This document shows, piece after piece, positions 1-13,622 of a stretch of 64,000 nucleotides of DNA. The stretch's first letter is position 1. Each line of letters begins with the position of its first letter. Made by a program: the position numbers and the translations under genes. The stretch is from Pseudogymnoascus verrucosus (lineage: Eukaryota): NCBI GenBank assembly GCA_001662655.1, contig KV460206.1; one strand, 5' to 3'. The notes under the pieces are model-generated. The model did not search any database. It saw only the letters and a program-made list of their open reading frames with translations, and had not been told where the DNA came from.

Positions 1-2060
1 CAGCGAATGCCTCGTCTTTGGTGGCGAAATTCTCTTGCTTTGGATCCCGACGCAGTTCGGCGTAGTCCTTTGTTAGGAAACCTCGGATGCGCTGGAGGTG
101 CCGAAAGGTTGTTTGTGAAATGTTGTGGAGATACCAATACATCCCGGCAAGCTCATCGGCGGCGTATACCTCGAGCTCAAAACCCATCTGTATGAGCCAT
201 TCCATCTGTCTAAGCTTGTAATAGTAACTCCAGCTCGACAGAGGGAAAGAGTAGATGGGTTCTGGGCCAAAGTCAGGATCGACAATCGGTTTCTCTTTGG
301 TGAAATCGCGTAGTTCGGCGTCGATTTCTTCTGCATCGAGCTGTAAGGTGTCCCAATCGACAATAGTATGGTGAAGAGTCCGCCTGATGCGGCAGCGGTT
401 CTGACATAAAGCTCGCAGGATATCCAGGAAAGATTGGGCGGCTCGACTGCGGAAGATTTCCATATGTTGGGCCATTTGGTGGCGAGGATCATGTGGAACT
501 TCGATCTCATCATTGATAGCATCGAGGAGGGGGTTGGCAGGAAGGACGAGCGCCGCGAGATCCTCATCAAGGACGGACCGAAGGGAGAGCTTTCCGAGAA
601 CAACCATCTGGCAAAATAGATAGTGCTGAAGGAGAGTGCGTATGTACACCGATGGTTGGGGTTTGCTCTTTTGAAAGAGAATGACAAAATTCTATTTTTA
701 TAATCAGTAAGATGCTCCGCGGGTGGATTTGGGGAACTGACCATCAAGCTGTTTGTGTCATGAAAGTCCAAGACTTCGGAAACCACCAGTCCGTCTTTAC
801 ACAGCCGTTCTAGATGCTGATATGCATCGTCGAATGCAATCGTTACCACAGGGCGTGGCGGCACCGTACTCGCAAGCTTCCGTTGCAACTTCACACTGAA
901 CGAGTCTGGAACTGGCTTAGCTAGCTCTCTCTCAGACTTGATACCAGGTAGAAGCTCGAGCGTTGTAGACCATGCTAACAGCAATGGTTCCGCGGACGAT
1001 CGATCTTCTGTTACGCCAACTGTATTCAGGAGAGAATTTCGGCATTTGAGTCTTTGGACCAGAGCATCCTTAACCCTAGGATCCATGGAATCTGAAGTTG
1101 CAAGTAGATGTATGGTCACATCTATAAATTTGGTGATCGATGCATCATCCAGTTCCGCGAGAAGGCTCCTATTGTATGTGTGTGTGACGAAATCTTCTTC
1201 CTAATAAATAATAAGAATCAGAGAAGCGGACGAAGGATCTAAAGAACCTACTTCATAGAAATGTTCTGACTTGACCCGTTCATTGATGTGCCAGCATGTC
1301 TTTATAATAGCTAGACAGTAGGCTACAAGAACCCTCAGTGTCAGTGGCTCTGTCAAACTCGGGCAATCGGCCGGAGAAGAAAGATCTTCTACGTTTTCTA
1401 GTTTTAAAGTGAGTATCTTATCAATGTAGAGGCTGGTGAATAGCGTCTGTGACAATGGATGACCCATATGCCATGCCATCTGTTTGATTCTTAGTGGCAA
1501 TCTCCATGAGAAGGAATAGAACACATACCTCAAGACATAATAGCTGATCTATTATTCCTAAACACTCCTCTGGCAAAAGCTCTCTCCAAATATCGTAACT
1601 GTCTTCCATAGTCTCGCCCTCTGCAAGGAACCCTGTGTCCATTTTGGGATCCATGATCTATAAAAAGATTTAGGCTCAGGACAAGAAACACATATATGAT
1701 GGACCTACCTCTATGGCACCAACTGACTCAAAAAGAGTAAAATACTCATCTTTGACGAGTTCTCCAACCTCAAGCCCTTCCCAGTGGGTTAGTGTTTCTG
1801 TTCGGTACTCCAACGCGGGGCAGTGACATACCCTCAGCAGCTTTAGTGAAAACGTCAGTGATGTCTACAGCGACGACGCCCGAACTATGAATCCGGGGTG
1901 CTGGCCGAAGTACTTCCCCGTACTCATCCAGAGGTTGGGGTTGTTTGAGTCCATTATTGATATCAAGGTTTGAGGTTCCTGATGGCGGTTAGCAACTGCA
2001 AAGGTTCGATAAAACCACGACCTTACCCCCTGAGATGAAATTGATATCATCAGCGTCCAT
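1..2060 (-). CDS. MAK10: NatC N-terminal acetyltransferase auxiliary subunit (Mak10/NAA35); multi-exon, 3' end runs off the window
   Basis: The spliced reading starts at ATG 2060 (MDADDINFISG). It continues through LEVGELVKDEYFTLFESVGAIE|IMDPKMDTG, LLCLE|MAWHMGHPLSQTLFTSLY, FYE|EEDF, FSVKLQRKLASTVPPRP and QMGFELEVYAADELAGMYWYL, all Mak10-family motifs. Introns are GT-AG. Confidence 0.92.
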
Positions 2061-2744
2061 GACCGACTCTGCCGGATTTTTCTTTTCTGAATGCTGAGCT
2101 TAACACAGGGCCGCCAGAATGGTGATGTATGCTGGGTTGTCGCTGTTTGTCATGTGGTTCGGTTAGGATTTTGGCCCAATGTCAAGATTTATCGGAGGTT
2201 TTGAGCCTGGGAGAAGAATTTGGCCACCAATTTTTAGAATGAACAACAGTGAGGGACTCTAGCAATAGTTGATATCGGCATATTACTGGGGACATTGATA
2301 TATTAAGTTATGTTTTATTTGCACAGTTTCAATAGTACGAGCGATGTGTCATATGGTGTATTCAAAGGACTGTACCAAATGACGGGTTCAAAGGAATAGT
2401 TTGGGTCTGATACAGATTCTCTGGGAAATATAACTATGCATTGCGGAGGAGGATATAACACACAGAGGGGATTCGTTGTGAAGCCGTGGCCCAGGGCGTG
2501 TCTATCTGTCTTGTTGCCTTTCCAACTGTCACAGCTTTGAACATTGTCACTCAGTCCCGGATATCACAGGCACGTTGTATCAGAGAAGAACCGCTGTCAC
2601 TGCTGTCCAAAAACACCGGTTCAGTCGATATTTGAATGTTGGGCGATAGATTCGTATCGAGTGTAATACATTTGTACAAGCCCACGCTCTCCCACATCCT
2701 CCCACCGCTCTATCCTTCTATCTCATAACTCAAACATGTCGGAT

Positions 2745-3125
2745 CTAAGCGGAGGCGTTACCGGCAGCGGCCTGGGCCTCAGCGTTCGCCTCGGCGACGT
2801 TCTTGACCTCGCCTTGCTTGCCGTTCTAGAATTGCCGCTGTCAGGAAATATTCTGCACAAGGGGTCGCAACTTGGTTCTTACCACCCATCTGGCGGAACG
2901 CAGCTCAGAGACGCCTCTGCGCTCAGCGGCGACTCTCTGTTCCTCCTTCAAGCTTCTGCGGACGACGCGGGCGGCGACCGAGAGGTACTTGTTGTAGCTA
3001 AAGAGTCTTTCGTTAGTAAAATATTCCGACGTCGGGTTGATGACGGTAGGGCCGTGGGGGGCCAATTGAGTTGGCGATTGACGTCAAACATACCTGAGGC
3101 CAGCTTGCTTCCAGGCGAAAGTCAT
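2745..3125 (-). CDS. ATP15: Mitochondrial ATP synthase F1 epsilon subunit, 3 exons
   Basis: MTFAWKQAGL|SYNKYLSVAARVVRRSLKEEQRVAAERRGVSELRSARWV|NGKQGEVKNVAEANAEAQAAAGNASA*. Donors are GTATGT and GTAAGA. Confidence 0.93.
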
Positions 3126-3479
3126 CTTGATTGTTGGAGGGGGTTGGATGAGGTGACAAAGGTGTTTTGGTTGTGATGTTGAGGTTCTGTCGACAAGCTC
3201 GGCTGGACGGGTGGTAAGGGCCAAGATTGCCCGATGATATAAAGTCACGTGAAACTGGCTTGGCGGACAGTCATATAATTAAAATTCAAGTCAACAACAG
3301 CGCGGATAATGGGAATACATCAAGGCTATGCGTAATTGTGAAATTGCTACGATCTTAGATAAAGAAAAGTTTAGAGATATTTCTATGTTCAAAATTGTAT
3401 TTTGTGTTCTACAATACCCTCTGAAATCTGTTTGTACAGGGTTCGTAAATCAACTACTCCAATGCATCTAACAGCCCCC

Positions 3480-5029
3480 TTAAACCAACAGACCAAGCTC
3501 CTCAGCGAACGGCAGAACGCGAAGATCTCCAACAGCAGCAACACTAGCCTTACCCGCGAGAAGTGCCTTGGCAGCCTGTAGAACGTAGTTAGCATAGATT
3601 CAAGGTACGAGGAATGTGGGGATCCTTACAGTCTTCAGGCTTTCTTGGCTCACACCCTCAATCGACTTGGTAACCTGGTCAATCTGGAATGGCTGTCCGC
3701 CCTGGATAAGACCGGAACCGGTAGCAACGAGGCCAGACTCGATGTTTTGGCCCTCCTCAAGAGATCTGTACTTGGCAAGCGCAACGGCCTTGGTGAACTC
3801 CTCCTTGTTGATGGAGCCGTCGGCAATGCTCTTCAGCGACTTAACAGCCTCGGTGGCAGCGCTGTTGACAGACAGGGCTGGGCCAGAGAAGTTGATGGTC
3901 AGAAGGCCGGCATCAGAGTAGGCAGCGTGGGTGGTGGAGATGTTAGCACCAGGAGCGGCAGCTGCGGCCTTGGCGAGGAGAGAGAAGCCTGGGGAGTACT
4001 TGATGGTCGACTTTCCACCGAGGAGAGCCGCAAGAACGGCAATCTCTGGCTTGTATGAGGATCCGGCAGTGAACGAGCTTGATCCTGGGAACGCAATGAC
4101 GAATGCGTTCTGGGCGCTGGAGTGAGCAATACGCTCCTCACCACCGTAGTACTTGGATGCCTTGGATGGGAGCTCGTGGCTTCCCTTGGTGGAGACATCG
4201 CCGAAGAACTCACCAACCCACTTGCCCAACTCAGCCTGGTTGGCACCGTTGGCGACAACCGAGATGTTTTGCTTGGTGTAAGCAGATGATGCGAACTCCC
4301 TGACGGACTCCTCGTTCAGGTAGCTAGCGAGAGGAGTGTTGAGAGCTGGCTGGAGGGGTGCTCCAAGTCCGCGGTGGAACGCAACACCATGGGCCGCATC
4401 GGAAGCGATTTGAGCTGTGTTGGCATATGCCCTCTTCTGCTGGAGGTGGATCGCTGGGTTGACCTCCTCGAGGAATTCATGTGCTAAATCCAAACCATCA
4501 GTGCTGCGCCAGATAGACCCGTCGGGATAACTTACGCGTGAACTTGGTCTGGGAGATAACCTCGCTGAGCAATTCAGTGAAGAATGGGAGATCAGCGCGG
4601 AGGAAGTTGGCTTCGAGGACCAGGGCTTCGCGGGTGTGGTAGGCAACCAATTGGCCTCCCAAGAGCTCGGATTCTCTGGTAAGACGTAGCGCGGATCGTC
4701 TTTGGGTGTTCTGGAATAGTTCATTTAGCTTCACATGCCCATAAGTCGATGCCCATCCCACTGACCTTGAAGGCAAATTGTTCCAGAGCGGTGGTAAGTC
4801 CTGGGAGCAGCTCGTATCTGGTTCCAGCCTTAGCGACCACGGCGAGCTTCGTAGTGTGTCCAGCAACGTCTCTGCTGGCCACCTTGATGCCATTGACATC
4901 GGCGTTCTCGTAGCTGAAAGAAGTCGAGCCGGTGGCAGCAGCGAAGCCGCGGCGGGTTGCCGGTTGAGCGCAGCATTGCCGACGAGCGACACGCTGCGCA
5001 GTCTGTCCAATCGCCGAACGCGAGATCAT
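3480..5029 (-). CDS. QCR2: Ubiquinol-cytochrome c reductase core protein 2 (M16 fold), 4 exons
   Basis: Arg-rich presequence, then KAGTRYE, RSALRLTRESELLGG, YYGGEERI, YSDAGL. The last exon reads AAKALLAGKASVAAVGDLRVLPFAEELGLLV*. Confidence 0.95.
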
Positions 5030-5151
5030 TGTGAGGAGGGAGATCTAAAAAGTTATGGCGAGGAGGAGGGTTGTGACGAGGTCGCTGTCGAGCTGTTGTG
5101 GTTGGAGAAATTCGGGATGACCATCAATTGACACCCGGATTAAGCCGCACT

Positions 5152-5160
5152 CTGATTGGC
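5152..5160 (-). promoter_or_regulatory. CCAAT box (GCCAATCAG) in the 350-bp QCR2/RPC82 divergent promoter; candidate HAP/CBC site
   Basis: ctgattggc lies about 125 bp upstream of the QCR2 ATG. Respiratory genes are classical CCAAT-complex targets. Function is inferred. Confidence 0.45.
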
Positions 5161-5378
5161 CACGGAACCAAAGTTGCTCGGGCAGACCAGTACCGCCAAA
5201 ATTTGTCCGAGTTTCTGCTATCGGTGCCTCAGCCAAAATGTACCCCACCCACATATAATATCTCGAACTTCATCTGAACAGTTTTGTTAACTGTGTGCAA
5301 TTTGATATTTCAATGACTTTTCTGTAGCATTGGTGGCAGCTCTAGAGAACTTGAGATACTCTCTAGTAGCAACAAATT

Positions 5379-7526
5379 ATGTCTCATGTAAGTAGAATCA
5401 AATCACCCCAGAGGGGGATGTTCTGAGTCAATAGGAATCTAACGATGAGATCACAGACGCAGCATTTGGCAGACCTTTGCGCCCTCCTCGTCAGGGAAGC
5501 TTATGGAGAGTTGACCAGTGTATGTGTATCCTCGTTGCTATCTATCCAGTACCTGCTACATTTTAAATCATGCGCGTGTTATTTTCACCAAGCTTTAAGC
5601 TTCAAAGTCTAACTCTGTAACAGCGCATATTTGCCTTACTCCAGCGACGAGGAAGACAAACGATCAACACTATTAAACAACATACTGGCCTCACGGGCCG
5701 ACAGGTCCGACACGGACTCGTAGTCCTGATACAACAAAACCTATTGTTCCACAATACCGAGCAAGAATCTGGCTCGACCTTCTATGAGGCGAATGAAGAA
5801 TCGGCGTACTTCCTCCTGCGCTCCGGAAGGATATTAGAGACGGTGGAAGAGAGATATGGTGTTGACGCACGGGATGTTGTCCAGAATCTGCTTCTACTAG
5901 GACATACAAAGGTTGCAGATCTCGCAGAGGCATATGAGTCGAAGAACAAGACTACAAATGGGCATACGAATGGAGCGAATGGAACGAATGGCGCCACAGT
6001 GAACGGGACCAGCAATGGTACAAATGGACACCACGATGACCAGAAGCCTACAATCAATCTGGACGGCATATTGGCCAGGCTTTTGGACGATGGGTTTGTT
6101 GAACCAGTAGTAGAGAGCATGTTCAGAAGCCCCAAGGATGCTTATAACCAAGCCGAGAAAGAAGCCCTCTCGTCCTCTGAGAGTGGCGCTTCTAAAAGCG
6201 CAAAGGCAACCCTCGAGTTGAAGAGAATCGTCACAGCCACTCTACAAAAACAATATGAGGAACGATCCTGGCGACATGGAAACATGAAGCGTTATATGCC
6301 TGGCGGGCATCCGAAAGGTGCAGATAAACGGCGAAAGCTCGCAAGTGGAAAACCTGCAGTATTAGGATCCGGGAGTTATGATGAAGAGATAAAGCTTGAT
6401 GTACGTTTTGAGCGACCTTAACCCCTACAGAGCGTCTTGCTGACCAAATTTCCAGCGCGAACTTGTTGTTCGGATCAATTATGAAAGATTTACAGTCGCA
6501 TTACGGACACATGCTCTTACGGAAGTGGCTAAAAACGACATTGGGGATGTAACGTCTCAAGTCTACGGAGAGCTTCTTCGTTTGCTAGAAGATAAGATTC
6601 CTCGTTGCCGCGGGAATATCGTTGAGGATGACGACGATGAGAATGACACTGGAGGCTCTACAATTACAACGTCGACTCTGGTACAGGCGCTCAGCGCCGA
6701 TATCAATATTGGCACTGGCATTGGCCAGGCTGCTGGTAATAAAATTGCAGGCACTACCGATGGCGCCAACGGATCGCGCAAACGACGCAGCGAGAGCTCC
6801 GACGAAGAAGACGTGGTGACGTCCAAATCACGAGCAAGTAAAGTGAAATTTGACGTCCAAGCCCCAGCGAAACATTCTCCAGAGAATCACCAAGCTCGAA
6901 TCACACAATTAAAGGACCACCTATTGCTTCTGACTGGACACAACCACGATCTTCTAAAAAAGCTCAGCAATGATGGGCTGGGAGAGTTTACGGTCCTCTT
7001 CAAGAAGGCTACAGAATATATGCGAGAAAATGAACTGGACACATATATTGCTTCTGCCTTTGGTAAAGAGGGCCTGCGCATGTCTCATATTCTGAGAAAG
7101 CATGGCAAGCTCGATGAAAAACAGGTCCAGAAGATTGCCTTGATGAAGCAAGGGGAGGTGCGCAAGACTCTAGTCAAAATGCAGATGGCAGGCTTCGCCG
7201 ATATTCAAGAAGTCCCCAGGGATACCCTTCGAACACCCGGCCGCACCATCTTCCTCTGGTGGTTTGACACAGAGCGGATCACAAACCTGTTACTCGATCG
7301 TATTTACAAGACCATTGCGCGGTGTTTGCAAGTTCTCGAGACGGAGAGATACAAAGAACGTGTTGTGCTTGCGCTGGCAGATCGATCAGATGTCAAAGGC
7401 AACGAGCATGAAATGCTTCCCGAAGACCATCTGGTGAAGTTGAGTGCCTTCAATGAAAAAGAAGACCGTTTGACAACGCAGATCAACAGACTTGATCAGC
7501 TTGTTGGGATCTTCAAGGAGTTCTGA
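5379..7526 (+). CDS. RPC82: RNA polymerase III subunit C82/RPC3, 4 exons
   Basis: MSH|TQHLADLCALLVREAYGELTS|RIFALLQRRGR..., LLLLGHTKVADL, GKLDEKQVQKIALM, IQEVPRD...PGRTIFLW. Stop at 7526. Confidence 0.92.
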
Positions 7527-8221
7527 ACCTTTTGAGCACGGAGGGGGGCTACCTGATTCTAAACTTCAGATGTGATATATTAGGGCACGGGGGCTGCTGG
7601 CGTTCTATTTGTAGCATATATGGAAGGCGTTGAACCTGGCCGATGGGATTTGGATCTACATATTTGGGAGCTTTGGGAATTTGTGATACCATGAGGCATC
7701 GAGGGAGTCAAATCTCCCCGTGGCGCTGAGTATTATAATTATAGCAGTAGATACCAAAAAATCTCACTGTGCATCTTCTCAACAATTACAGTATTTGTCG
7801 TACGATTTAAATGGAACAGGTGCTGCTGAGACCAGAAGCGGTGTAGCTGACTCGCATCCCACCTCCATGTGATAGTCGCAATTGTATGGTGCACCTCGAA
7901 AAAGGGACCTCGCTTATGGTCGAGTAGTGCACGGCTTGTAGCGGTGGTTCCTGGACTGGTGCAGCCTCGTCCCGACTAAGGGAGCCGACCAGGGTCTCAT
8001 AGGCTAATTTTCCCCGATAGTCGGTGGATTTATTCGAGAAATTGGAAAGAGAGTTCCCTCCCGTTGCGCCTGCCCACGAATACTATATTACATTTCTTCA
8101 CACGAAACCTTCAGAGAGGCATATCGAATTCTGCTTTTCATAAAAAATAGGGAATCCTTAATTGTCTTATCCTTTATTTATTATAGCCCTCCGAGGTTTC
8201 GTTGAAAATCAGAAAAGAGAA

Positions 8222-9311
8222 ATGTCTCCCCCAATGGCCACCGCTGGTGGAAAGGGCGTCAAGAAGGAGTCGACTGCGGCGCGTATTCTGGGTTCCGGTA
8301 TGTCCTTATGAGGATCTCATGTACTACTTGGAACCGCGCTGATGTCCCCTTTAGGTTCTGCTGGTATTGCTGAGCTTGCTGTCTTCCACCCGGTATGAAT
8401 TGCTTGGGCAGAACTCGAGAGGACATAGCTGACCAAACTGAAGGTTGACACCATTGCGAAGCGTCTCATGAGCAACCATGGAAAGGTGAGAGCAGAATCC
8501 CTTATCCCCAGCTAATCCGAATCCCATAACTAACCCTCCCCAGATCTCCAGCATCACCCAGCTCAACCAAGTCATCTTCAAAGACAAGGCCTCCGTCTCC
8601 GCTGGCAAGAAATTCTTCTCCCTCTTCCCCGGTCTCGGATACGCCGCCGGCTACAAAGTCTCCCAGCGTGTATACAAGTACGGCGGCCAGCCCTTCGCCC
8701 GCGATCTCATCACCAAGAACTACGGCAACTCCTTCGAGCGCACCTTCGGCCCCACGACCGGCCGCGCCATGATCGCCTCCCTCGCAGGCTCCATGATCGG
8801 CATCGGCGAGATCGTGCTCCTCCCCCTCGACGTCCTCAAGATCAAGCGCCAGACAAACCCCGAGGCCTTCCGCGGCCGCGGCATCGTCCGCATCATCAAG
8901 GATGAGGGCTTCGGGTTGTACAGGGGCTGGGGCTGGACCGCTGCACGTAATGCGCCGGGCTCGTTCGCGCTGTTCGGAGGTTCGGCCTTCACAAAGGGAT
9001 ATCTGTATGGGCTGGAAGATTATAATAAGGCGACTTGGTTCCAGAACTTTGTTGCGTCGATTGCGGGTGCCTCGGCGTCCTTGATCGTCTCGGCGCCGCT
9101 CGATGTCATCAAGACCCGTATCCAGAACCGTAACTTTGACAACCCGGAGAGCGGAATGAAGATTATCAGGGACATGATCAAGAAGGAGGGGCCGTCCGCG
9201 TTCTTCAAGGGTCTCGTGCCCAAGCTGCTCATGACTGGCCCCAAGCTCGTCTTCTCCTTCTGGCTGGCTCAGACCCTGATCCCCGCCTTCGACATTGCTT
9301 TCAGCAAATAG
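8222..9311 (+). CDS. GGC1: Mitochondrial GTP/GDP carrier, 4 exons
   Basis: ESTAARILGS|GSAGIAELAVFHP|VDTIAKRLMSN, AGYKVSQRVYKYGGQP, PLDVLKIKRQTNPE, TAARNAPGSFALFGG, PKLLMTGPKLVFSF. Three carrier repeats of the Ggc1 type. Confidence 0.95.
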
Positions 9312-9802
9312 ATGACCCCGTCATGAGGGTGTTCGAAAGTGCGAGCGGAAGAGCTTAGAGTTATTGCTGCAGCCGGCCATTGGGCCAGCAGAGCGAGTTA
9401 GAAACGGTAGACGGCTAGACCTGGTTTTGGGAGCTTCGGCGCGTGTACGATTGAGGAAGAAGGGGGGGAGGGGCAAAAAAGGGAATTCCGGCGCACAGTT
9501 TTCTTTTTCTTGGCCTGCAGACATGCGGAGGGAAATATGATTGTAGATAGAATCATTGTACATACTTAGTTATGCGGGAGGGGATTATCGTCTCCTTCCT
9601 TATGAAAAACCCCACCTCTAATAACTTTACTTCTCAAAATATTTTGCTCATGCTCGTAGGCGGTTTGGGCGATTGGTAGGGGACCGGCATTTACCGACCC
9701 TCGCCCGTCCATAGCTTCACCCATCCCCAAAAAAGCAACCCACCTCCCAAGCACCCACAACACCAACCACATCCCCTCAAACCCAACAAACCCTCGCCCA
9801 CA

Positions 9803-10076
9803 ATGGCACCACCCGCCTACATAATCTCCCGCACGCTCGACCCCATCTTCGCCCTCTTCATCGGCCTCGGCGCAGCATCCATGCGCATAAACCGCGAAGA
9901 GAAGGAGCTCGGGCGCAGCACGAAGGAGACTATTAACTCCGGGTTGAGGTGAGCTTTTCTTATTTCCTTGCCGTTTGAGTCAGATGAGAAAGAGGACAGT
10001 GCTAATGTGGGGGGGTTATAGGAGGATTGGATTTCCGAGGGCGGATGACCCGGTGGCTGCTGCTGCGAAGAAGTGA
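9803..10076 (+). CDS. NCE101: Small membrane protein of the NCE101 (non-classical export) family, 66 aa, 2 exons; not in the ORF track
   Basis: ACAATGG start context; intron 9949-10021 (GTGAGC...GCTAAT...TAG). Product MAPPAYIISRTLDPIFALFIGLGAASMRINREEKELGRSTKETINSGLRRIGFPRADDPVAAAAKK*. The Y-I-I-S-R-x-x-D-P plus hydrophobic stretch resembles Nce101. Confidence 0.8.
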
Positions 10077-10972
10077 GGGCCGTGGGATAGCTGCGACGGG
10101 CAGGGATATGGGGACCGATGAGTCGACGCCGGTCCCAAGTGCTGGGGTTGGATGGATGACACAAGGGGATCTGGGCTGGGGATCGAGGACCGGGCCGGAT
10201 ATAGACTTGGAGGGCTTGGGGGGTGTGGGGTGTGGCTATGGCTGTATACTACTGTATGAACAGACTGTGCTGAAAATGCACAAGGACGCATGAGGTTGCG
10301 GTACCTGGAGGATGAGAAGCGGCTGTATAGCAGAGTCATAGGAGGAAATTACGGACGGGGAACAAAGGAGTTCTGTACGAGGGGGAGAAAGCACATACTC
10401 TCCGATATCAAAGGTTGCTCGAGTAAAAAAGCAAGCACATCACATCATCAACATTTGGCACAAACTTGGGTTCTAGGATTCCCATTATCAGAAACGACGA
10501 TAGAAAATCACTACAATCTGAAGACGCAATAGACACGCAGGAAATCGACTCTTGTATAAAAGACCCTATAGCCCCCCAAGTCTTCCACATGCAGTCTCAC
10601 AGAATAATCGAGCAAAGCCAGTTGAACCCTTATCCATCCCTTGCCTGCACCAGCGCCATGCGGCTTGTAGAGCAATCCGCACGACCCCGTTGCTCTGCCT
10701 GGCCCCGCCGAAGAGCTGTAGCCGCCTTGGCCGTCATCGTCGTCGTCCGTCGTCCCGGTTTACGAAATAATCAAAAAAACGTTATCACAAGTCCCCCTGC
10801 TGCTGCCATAATCCCCCAATAAAAGCTGTCCACTCTCTCGCAAATGTAGAAACCGCGGGAGGAAATAGGAGTCCGAAACGCCGGTGTAGTTGGGAGAGTT
10901 GGGGGTGGTGTCGGTGTCGTCGATGCCTGTCGAAAGGAGGGTCGTTAATGAGAGTGTGAAGATGCTGGGTGG

Positions 10973-11462
10973 TTAGGCTAGCTCCTCGAATCCGAAGGTG
11001 TTCTCTCCAGAGTAGGTGATGTAAAGGAATCCGTCCTCATCTGGGGGCATCGAGTTAGTATTGTGGACGGATAAAGGGGAGTTGGATGGGGATCTGAATA
11101 CCTTTGTGCTCCTCGTAGATGCTCGACATTAAGGCAGCGGTCGGTGGCAACACCTCGTCGACGAAGATGAAGATGGCCTTCTCTGGCGACAGCTTGATAC
11201 GCTTGCGGATAACGTACACGAACTGGCCGACTGTCAGATCTGCCGGGACGAGATACTTCTTCTTGTCGATGGTCGCGATCTCTGACTTCTCGACCTTCTC
11301 GCAGATGACCTGATCATGGGTTAGCGGTGGGGGTGAACATGAAATGACGGTGAGGTGAAGGCGGGAGCTTACTGGAATGCGGTCGTTGTACTTTGCGCGG
11401 ATACGCTCGGCCTCAGCCTTGCGTTTGGCAAACTCGTGCTCGTCCTTGAACTTGGAGCGCAT
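10973..11462 (-). CDS. ATG8: Autophagy ubiquitin-like protein Atg8, 3 coding exons; probable 5'UTR intron 11527-11621
   Basis: [22 protein letters not shown]...[33 protein letters not shown]...[27 protein letters not shown], with the Atg4 cleavage glycine. Confidence 0.98.
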
Positions 11463-12331
11463 CTTGATGTCTGAGAGGGTTGGTTGGTTTGTAGTTTAGG
11501 TTGTGGTTCGATGTGAGGTTGGGCGCCTTGAAGTGACGGTCAGTAAGCGTGCTCTTCTGCGTTTCCTGACTACGAGCAAAGCTGATATGGAAGAGGCGAC
11601 AGGAACGGGGGATGAGCTTACTATTTAAGGTAGCAGAAGAACGTTGAAGAAGGTTGTCGTGGTTGATGGTGATGGTGTGAGTGTTTGGTAGGAGTATCGA
11701 GTAGAAGTAGTCGTACCGATGCAGCCTGGCGAGATGGCGGGGGCGGTCCTGGGGCACGATTGCTCAAAGCGGTGTCATATAACGCTAGTCTGGTTTGGGA
11801 CTGGTGTGGGCGGTGTACGTACTTGTACCACAGGTGAATCACAAGGCGAAGCTTGCTCAGCCGCCGCCGACTAATCGCAAACCAGTGACTCGCATCATGG
11901 GCGGACTCTTTGGCTTGGGAAACATCACCAGACAAAGCAAAATCAAAATCACGCTCTGCGATCAATTGTGCCGGATATTAATATTGTGCTTTACACTTCA
12001 ACTTCACTGTAAGCTGCAGAACATGTGACCTGACTATATATACGTCTTTGTAGTTGTAGGGACTACTCTTCCGGGTTTTACTCTTCGGATAGATAGCCTG
12101 CTTACTATCGTACTACAATACCCTCATGCCTGAGGCACCCACTTTATTATCGTCATCCCCAGAGTCGCATCCACAGGTCCCTAGTATAATTTCTGGGAAG
12201 CCACGGCACGGGATTTCCCCCACGTATTGCTTCACTCCCACGCTCTTTGCCGCAATCCGAGTCAAACTTCAAGGGGTGCATATCCAACACCCAATGTATA
12301 TATTATAGAGTGCTATTTCTTTGCCGCGAAC

Positions 12332-13622
12332 ATGCCTCCAATGCACTCTGTTACCCGGGCCTCGAACATACTCCGGGTTGCCCCTCGGCCATTCACACAA
12401 CCTGCCCGGATCTCGCGCCTCAAACGCAACTATGCCGACATACCACCAAAGCCCCCGCGGCCCGAAGACAAGAAGCGGACGGGTGTTCTATTCCCCAAGA
12501 CCCGCATAGCAGTCGGCGTGGTTTTCTGCGGCCTCCTCATCCATTCTATGGTAGTCCTCCCCGGCCGACAGCTCTTCAACGCAATGCTAACCGGTTCTCC
12601 AGGTCACCGATGAGCCCACCAAGCTACAGGCACCGTCAATTGCGGACCGCGATAACCTTACGAAGCGAGAGTCTGGCGTGACAGCTGACTCGCCCATGCG
12701 TCTGCGCATGGAAGCGTTCATTAAAGAGCAACAGAAGGAAATCGTGCGGGTGCTCGAGGAAGTCGACGGCAAGAAGTTCCAAATCGATACTTGGGAGCGC
12801 GAGCATGGCGGCGGAGGAATCTCCTGTGTGCTGCAGGAGGGCAACGTGTTTGAGAAGGCCGGTGTCAACATCTCAGTCGTCTACGGCAGCCTCCCGAAAC
12901 AGGCCATCATAAAGATGCGGGCGGATCACAAGAAGATCGACACTTCGGTTGACTCGCTGCCGTTCTTTGCGGCTGGCTTGAGTATGGTGCTTCACCCGAA
13001 GAACCCGATGGCTCCAACTGTGCATCTCAACTACCGGTACTTCGAGACTGAGAACCCAGATGGGAGTGTGGGAACCTGGTGGTTCGGCGGCGGCACTGAC
13101 TTGACGCCCTCATACCTCTTCGATGAGGACGCAATCCACTTCCACAGGACCGTGAAGGATGCCTGCGACAAGCATTCCAAGGACTACTACCCACGCTTCA
13201 AGGAGTGGTGCGATAAGTACTTCTCAGTCAAGCACCGCAACGAGACCCGCGGCGTTGGCGGAATCTTCTTCGACGACCTCGACGACTCCGAGAACGACCA
13301 GGAGAACTGCTTCGCGTTTGTCCAGACGTGCTTGAAGGCCTTCTTGCCTTCTTATTTGCCTATCATCAATAAGCGGAAGGACATGCCATATACCGAGCAG
13401 GAGAAAGGCTGGCAGCAGATCCGTAGGGGGAGGTACGTGGAGTTTAACCTCGTGCATGATCGCGGGACTGCGTTTGGATTGAATACGCCTGGTGCGCGAG
13501 TGGAGAGCATATTGATGAGCTTGCCGCTCACTGCGAGCTGGAAATATATGCACAGCCCCGAGAAGGGGAGCAGGGAGGCGAGGCTGGAAGAGGTCCTGAA
13601 ATCACCTAGAGAATGGGTATGA
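12332..13622 (+). CDS. HEM13: Oxygen-dependent coproporphyrinogen III oxidase with N-terminal presequence and hydrophobic segment; intron 12551-12602
   Basis: [63 protein letters not shown]. Confidence 0.97.
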
